Assembly (NCBI GenBank): GCA_009103225.1
Contig: RHPI01003488.1
Location: 497,803 to 561,802, forward strand
Origin: Chlorokybus atmophyticus
Taxonomy: Eukaryota > Plantae > Mesostigma and Chlorokybus algae
Reading direction: 5' to 3'
DNA length: 64,000 bases
The notes beneath the pieces are model-generated. The model was not told the DNA's origin. It worked only from the letters and a program-made list of their open reading frames with translations, and made no database searches. A program made the position numbers and the translations under genes. This document shows positions 60,674-64,000 of this stretch, one piece after another; the stretch's first letter is position 1, and each line of letters opens with the position of its first letter.

Positions 60674-63550
60674 GGTGTAAACCTTTTTTTTATAATATTA
60701 TATTCTTAAATATTCAACAAGCACGCACATGTTACACATTAATTGTGAACCAGGCCAAGTTGGCAGGTGTAACACAGTTCCGCACTAGCGATGCACTTCT
60801 TTGCTACCAACCAAATCCCAGAAGAAAGTTCAATGTGAAAGTTAACATACCAGCCGGCACCAAGCATGTTGAAAATGTCAAGTTGCTCACTAAGGTCAGG
60901 AGTCATTAATATGTGTCTCGAGAAAAGGGGATAACTAGCGCATGTCATCTTTATGCGATGCGCCGCAACATGAATCGAATCTACTAGATACGACTAGATA
61001 TGCTATATAAATAACAAACCTTGACGCAAGGTATAAAGTTTTTTTAATCTTGGTAGTCTACGCTAGAGTAGCTACCAGACCCTAGCCGACCATGCTAGGT
61101 GCCAGGCAGAGTACCTAATTAGCGTAGCGGCATACGCAGTAAAAACACTAAACAATATGTATTGCGCGCTCAGTGTGACTAGCTATGATTGGAATATGAT
61201 TATACCCTACAAGCTTTAACCATAATGTTACCCTCATTCCGTATATGTTCAATGGTCTGCTATCCAAGTTCTCATTCAAAAACCAAAATAAGCAATTTTG
61301 GCGACTGAACACCCTTGCAGCCACGGAGAGGTCATATAGGCACGGCTGATCTCTTTGCAAATGCAGCCGCATTTAGTGATCTAGTTGGGGACATGATGTG
61401 TTCACATCGGATAGCACCTTACGAGCAGCCCCCTGAAGGTATTGAACAATAAAGATCTTGGGGTCTGTCGCCCATCGGCACCTTTTACGGCAAACTCGAC
61501 AGGAGAGGCTAAACCGATATGATATCGTGATGGGCCTGCGGCACGGATCATGCACAGTCTTGCACTTCGGCCTAAAACGCCATTTCACAATCTATGGCCA
61601 GTGCGGGTGAAAACGCAGAGCGCAAGATGCGCTTGGTTGTTAAAGGGGTTGGCGTAATGGCATTGCATACAATGAGGACGCTCACAAAACAACCATAGGC
61701 CCTCTGACATCAATACTTTTGTTATGCATATCAAACAAGGAGTGCTCACTCGATTCGGCTCAAGAACTTCTCGGACTCTGTATGCCACCACTGCCTTAGG
61801 TGGCACTTAAGCGCATTTCAATAGGATTTTTGACAATTTGCTCATGATTACTGTGTTTACGTCAAGTTAATGGGGTAGCCACATCAAGCCCCCCNNNNNN
61901 NNNNNNNNNNNNNNNNNNNNNNNNNNNNNNNNNNNNNNNNNNNNNNNNNNNNNNNNNNNNNNNNNNNNNNNNNNNNNNNNNNNNNNNNNNNNNNNNNNNN
62001 NNNNNNNNNNNNNNNNNNNNNNNNNNNNNNNNNNNNNNNNNNNNNNNNNNNNNNNNNNNNNNNNNNNNNNNNNNNNNNNNNNNNNNNNNNNNNNNNNNNN
62101 NNNNNNNNNNNNNNNNNNNNNNNNNNNNCCCCCCCTTTAACTCAGGTTCGGCCTCGAGCGCCATTGTTTGCTGAAAAATCCGGGCCCCCAGGGGCTCCGT
62201 AAACATATTTTATGTGCTCAGCATACGACAGACTTTTTTAAGGCCAATGGTACTCATGGTTTATGAGTACACTTGTAAGCGCGAGAGTGTTGCTGCTCGT
62301 GACTTAGAGGTTATAAAGGCAGTTGACTCTGCTTTTAAAGGGCACAGAGGGATGGACTTTGCGCAAGACGGCGTGCAATTGCAAGTGGGAATTTGAACGC
62401 ATTCCAGGTGAACCAGTGCTGTTTAAAGTCGTTGCAATAATAGCACACGCTAAAATAAAATAACTGATCAGGTTGGTGACACGTACACCAACCCCGAACA
62501 ATCATAAGGGAAGCAAACTCCACAAAAACGTTAAGTCTTGCACCGGCTGCAAGCGACCACCGAGAGGTTCTCAACAATGCCATCGATATCCACATGACGC
62601 TTCTGCAATTGAGCCGTTGTAGGAAACCAACCGTGCAATGATACGGCTAAGTCATTAGCTCATCAAGTATTCAATTTCGCCTTATGCAAATTGAGGATGA
62701 TCAACCATTGGTCATTGCATCGTAAAAGATTGCGCGATACATTTGCTGTCTTGTTTTAAGCGTAGGGATTAAGCGGATTTCGGTCATTCTTTAATTGCCA
62801 CGTCTACGCGGCGTACGGTGACCTAAACGGCTCGCACCTCCAAAATCGCATAAATTGGGCTGCAAGACTCGCAAACGCGGACAAGATTTGTCTCTCCAAC
62901 CACTGGTTGTTCAAGGCATTTTAGATGAATAAACCATTAGACGATCATCGTCAACTTGTCAATTACTTGATGTAATTGACAAGTTTGCCACCATTTGTTG
63001 TTGAGATGTATACGTACCCTACTTTTGGAAGCTCAAACGCAATTGGGGCTACAAATTGCAAATGAAATTGGACCGGCATTGACGAACGCATGGAACAACT
63101 GAATGGAAATTGTTGTTCGAAAGCTCCCAGGCGGGATCCCGAGCCTTGACACTGAGGACTGCTATGGCTAAATAAGGCCAGCAATCAAGGGTGGACTTGG
63201 AGGGCCGCAACGCGCCCAACGATTGTGACCTTTCAAGTCCACGTATGCTAGCGACGTATATAAAGCTGAGTATATCAAGTTTAGCACCACTTGGTGGGAA
63301 GGCTTTACGGAACTTGATCAAGGTATACACAGAGATAGTGGATTAAGTGCTAGCGCCACCGCAGCTTCATTGCGAGCCAACGCTTTTTCATGAGTATGGT
63401 TAGCCGGTACATTAGCACCGTGGGTTTTTAGCGTGGGTCATTTGGTGAATTGACACACTGCCTTCGTCCATTCGACAAGGTGGACTCTTTTGTTAGAGGA
63501 GGGTCTTCCCCATGAGGTTTCCTGCTAACAAGTTTCCTGCTAAACTTAAC

Positions 63551-64000
63551 CTACACTTTGTGGATGTTTTTGTTTGGTGCAACACCTTGTGCAGCAATAT
63601 GCTTTTGGATGGTGTGCAAAATGAACACCACCACGACCACATCAAGCACGATCATGTGTGTGATGAGGGGCAAGGGTAGTGGCAAGCAAGTTGTCTTTGC
63701 CACCAGCGAAAGCGCCCTATGGCATGCAAGAAATAAGGGTGAGGCCGTTGGGAGCGAAGTGGCGGTTGTGAGAGCGAGAGTGGCGAAATTCGTGCGGCAA
63801 GTTGAGTATAAGGGCTTGGCAGTATATATCAGGGGTATGGTACTGTGCCAACATGCATGGTGTGCGGACAATGTGTGTAGAGTATATGCAGTGCTGTGAC
63901 TGTGACTCACACAACGCACATGACATATGCATCTAGCCAGCTATCACCATACGCCAACCAACTAGCAATTGATAACCACCGGGCTATGTCTACACGCTAT
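63551..64000 (-). mobile_element. Penelope-like element copy E, 5' region (continues beyond the window)
   Basis: ACCACCGGGCTA at 63975-63986. 63850-63990 aligns to 53370-53515 (HSTAYTLHT vs HSIAYTLHT). Confidence 0.7.

Overview
Eukaryotic nuclear DNA from an intron-rich green-lineage alga (Viridiplantae; species not identifiable from sequence alone). The window opens with an rDNA unit (partial 18S, ITS1, 5.8S, ITS2, 5' part of 28S). The 28S breaks abruptly into a TG...CA LTR-like segment and then an intron-containing pogo/Tigger transposase pseudogene. Host genes, all spliced: thylakoid cyclophilin CYP37, a GTE/BET bromodomain-ET protein, RPS3A, plastid ribosomal protein L35, a large uncharacterised protein, an F-box protein ending in a Sororin-like C-terminal motif, and an HCF164-like thioredoxin. 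The accessory DNA is dominated by five degenerate copies of Penelope-like retroelements with GIY-YIG upstream of RT (Naiad/Chlamys-type order), roughly 13 kb in total. Their pseudo-LTRs carry a retained ~70-100 nt spliceosomal intron ending at a conserved TAG|CCCGGTGGT motif. An old segmental duplication (~37.6-42.3 kb vs ~49.0-58.4 kb) carries the last thioredoxin exon and a multi-exon gene with up to three AP2 domains; one retroelement inserted into the second copy. A decayed reading frame near 60 kb resembles a Replitron HUH transposase. All family calls come from motif recognition by eye, not database searches. Coordinates of decayed elements are approximate.
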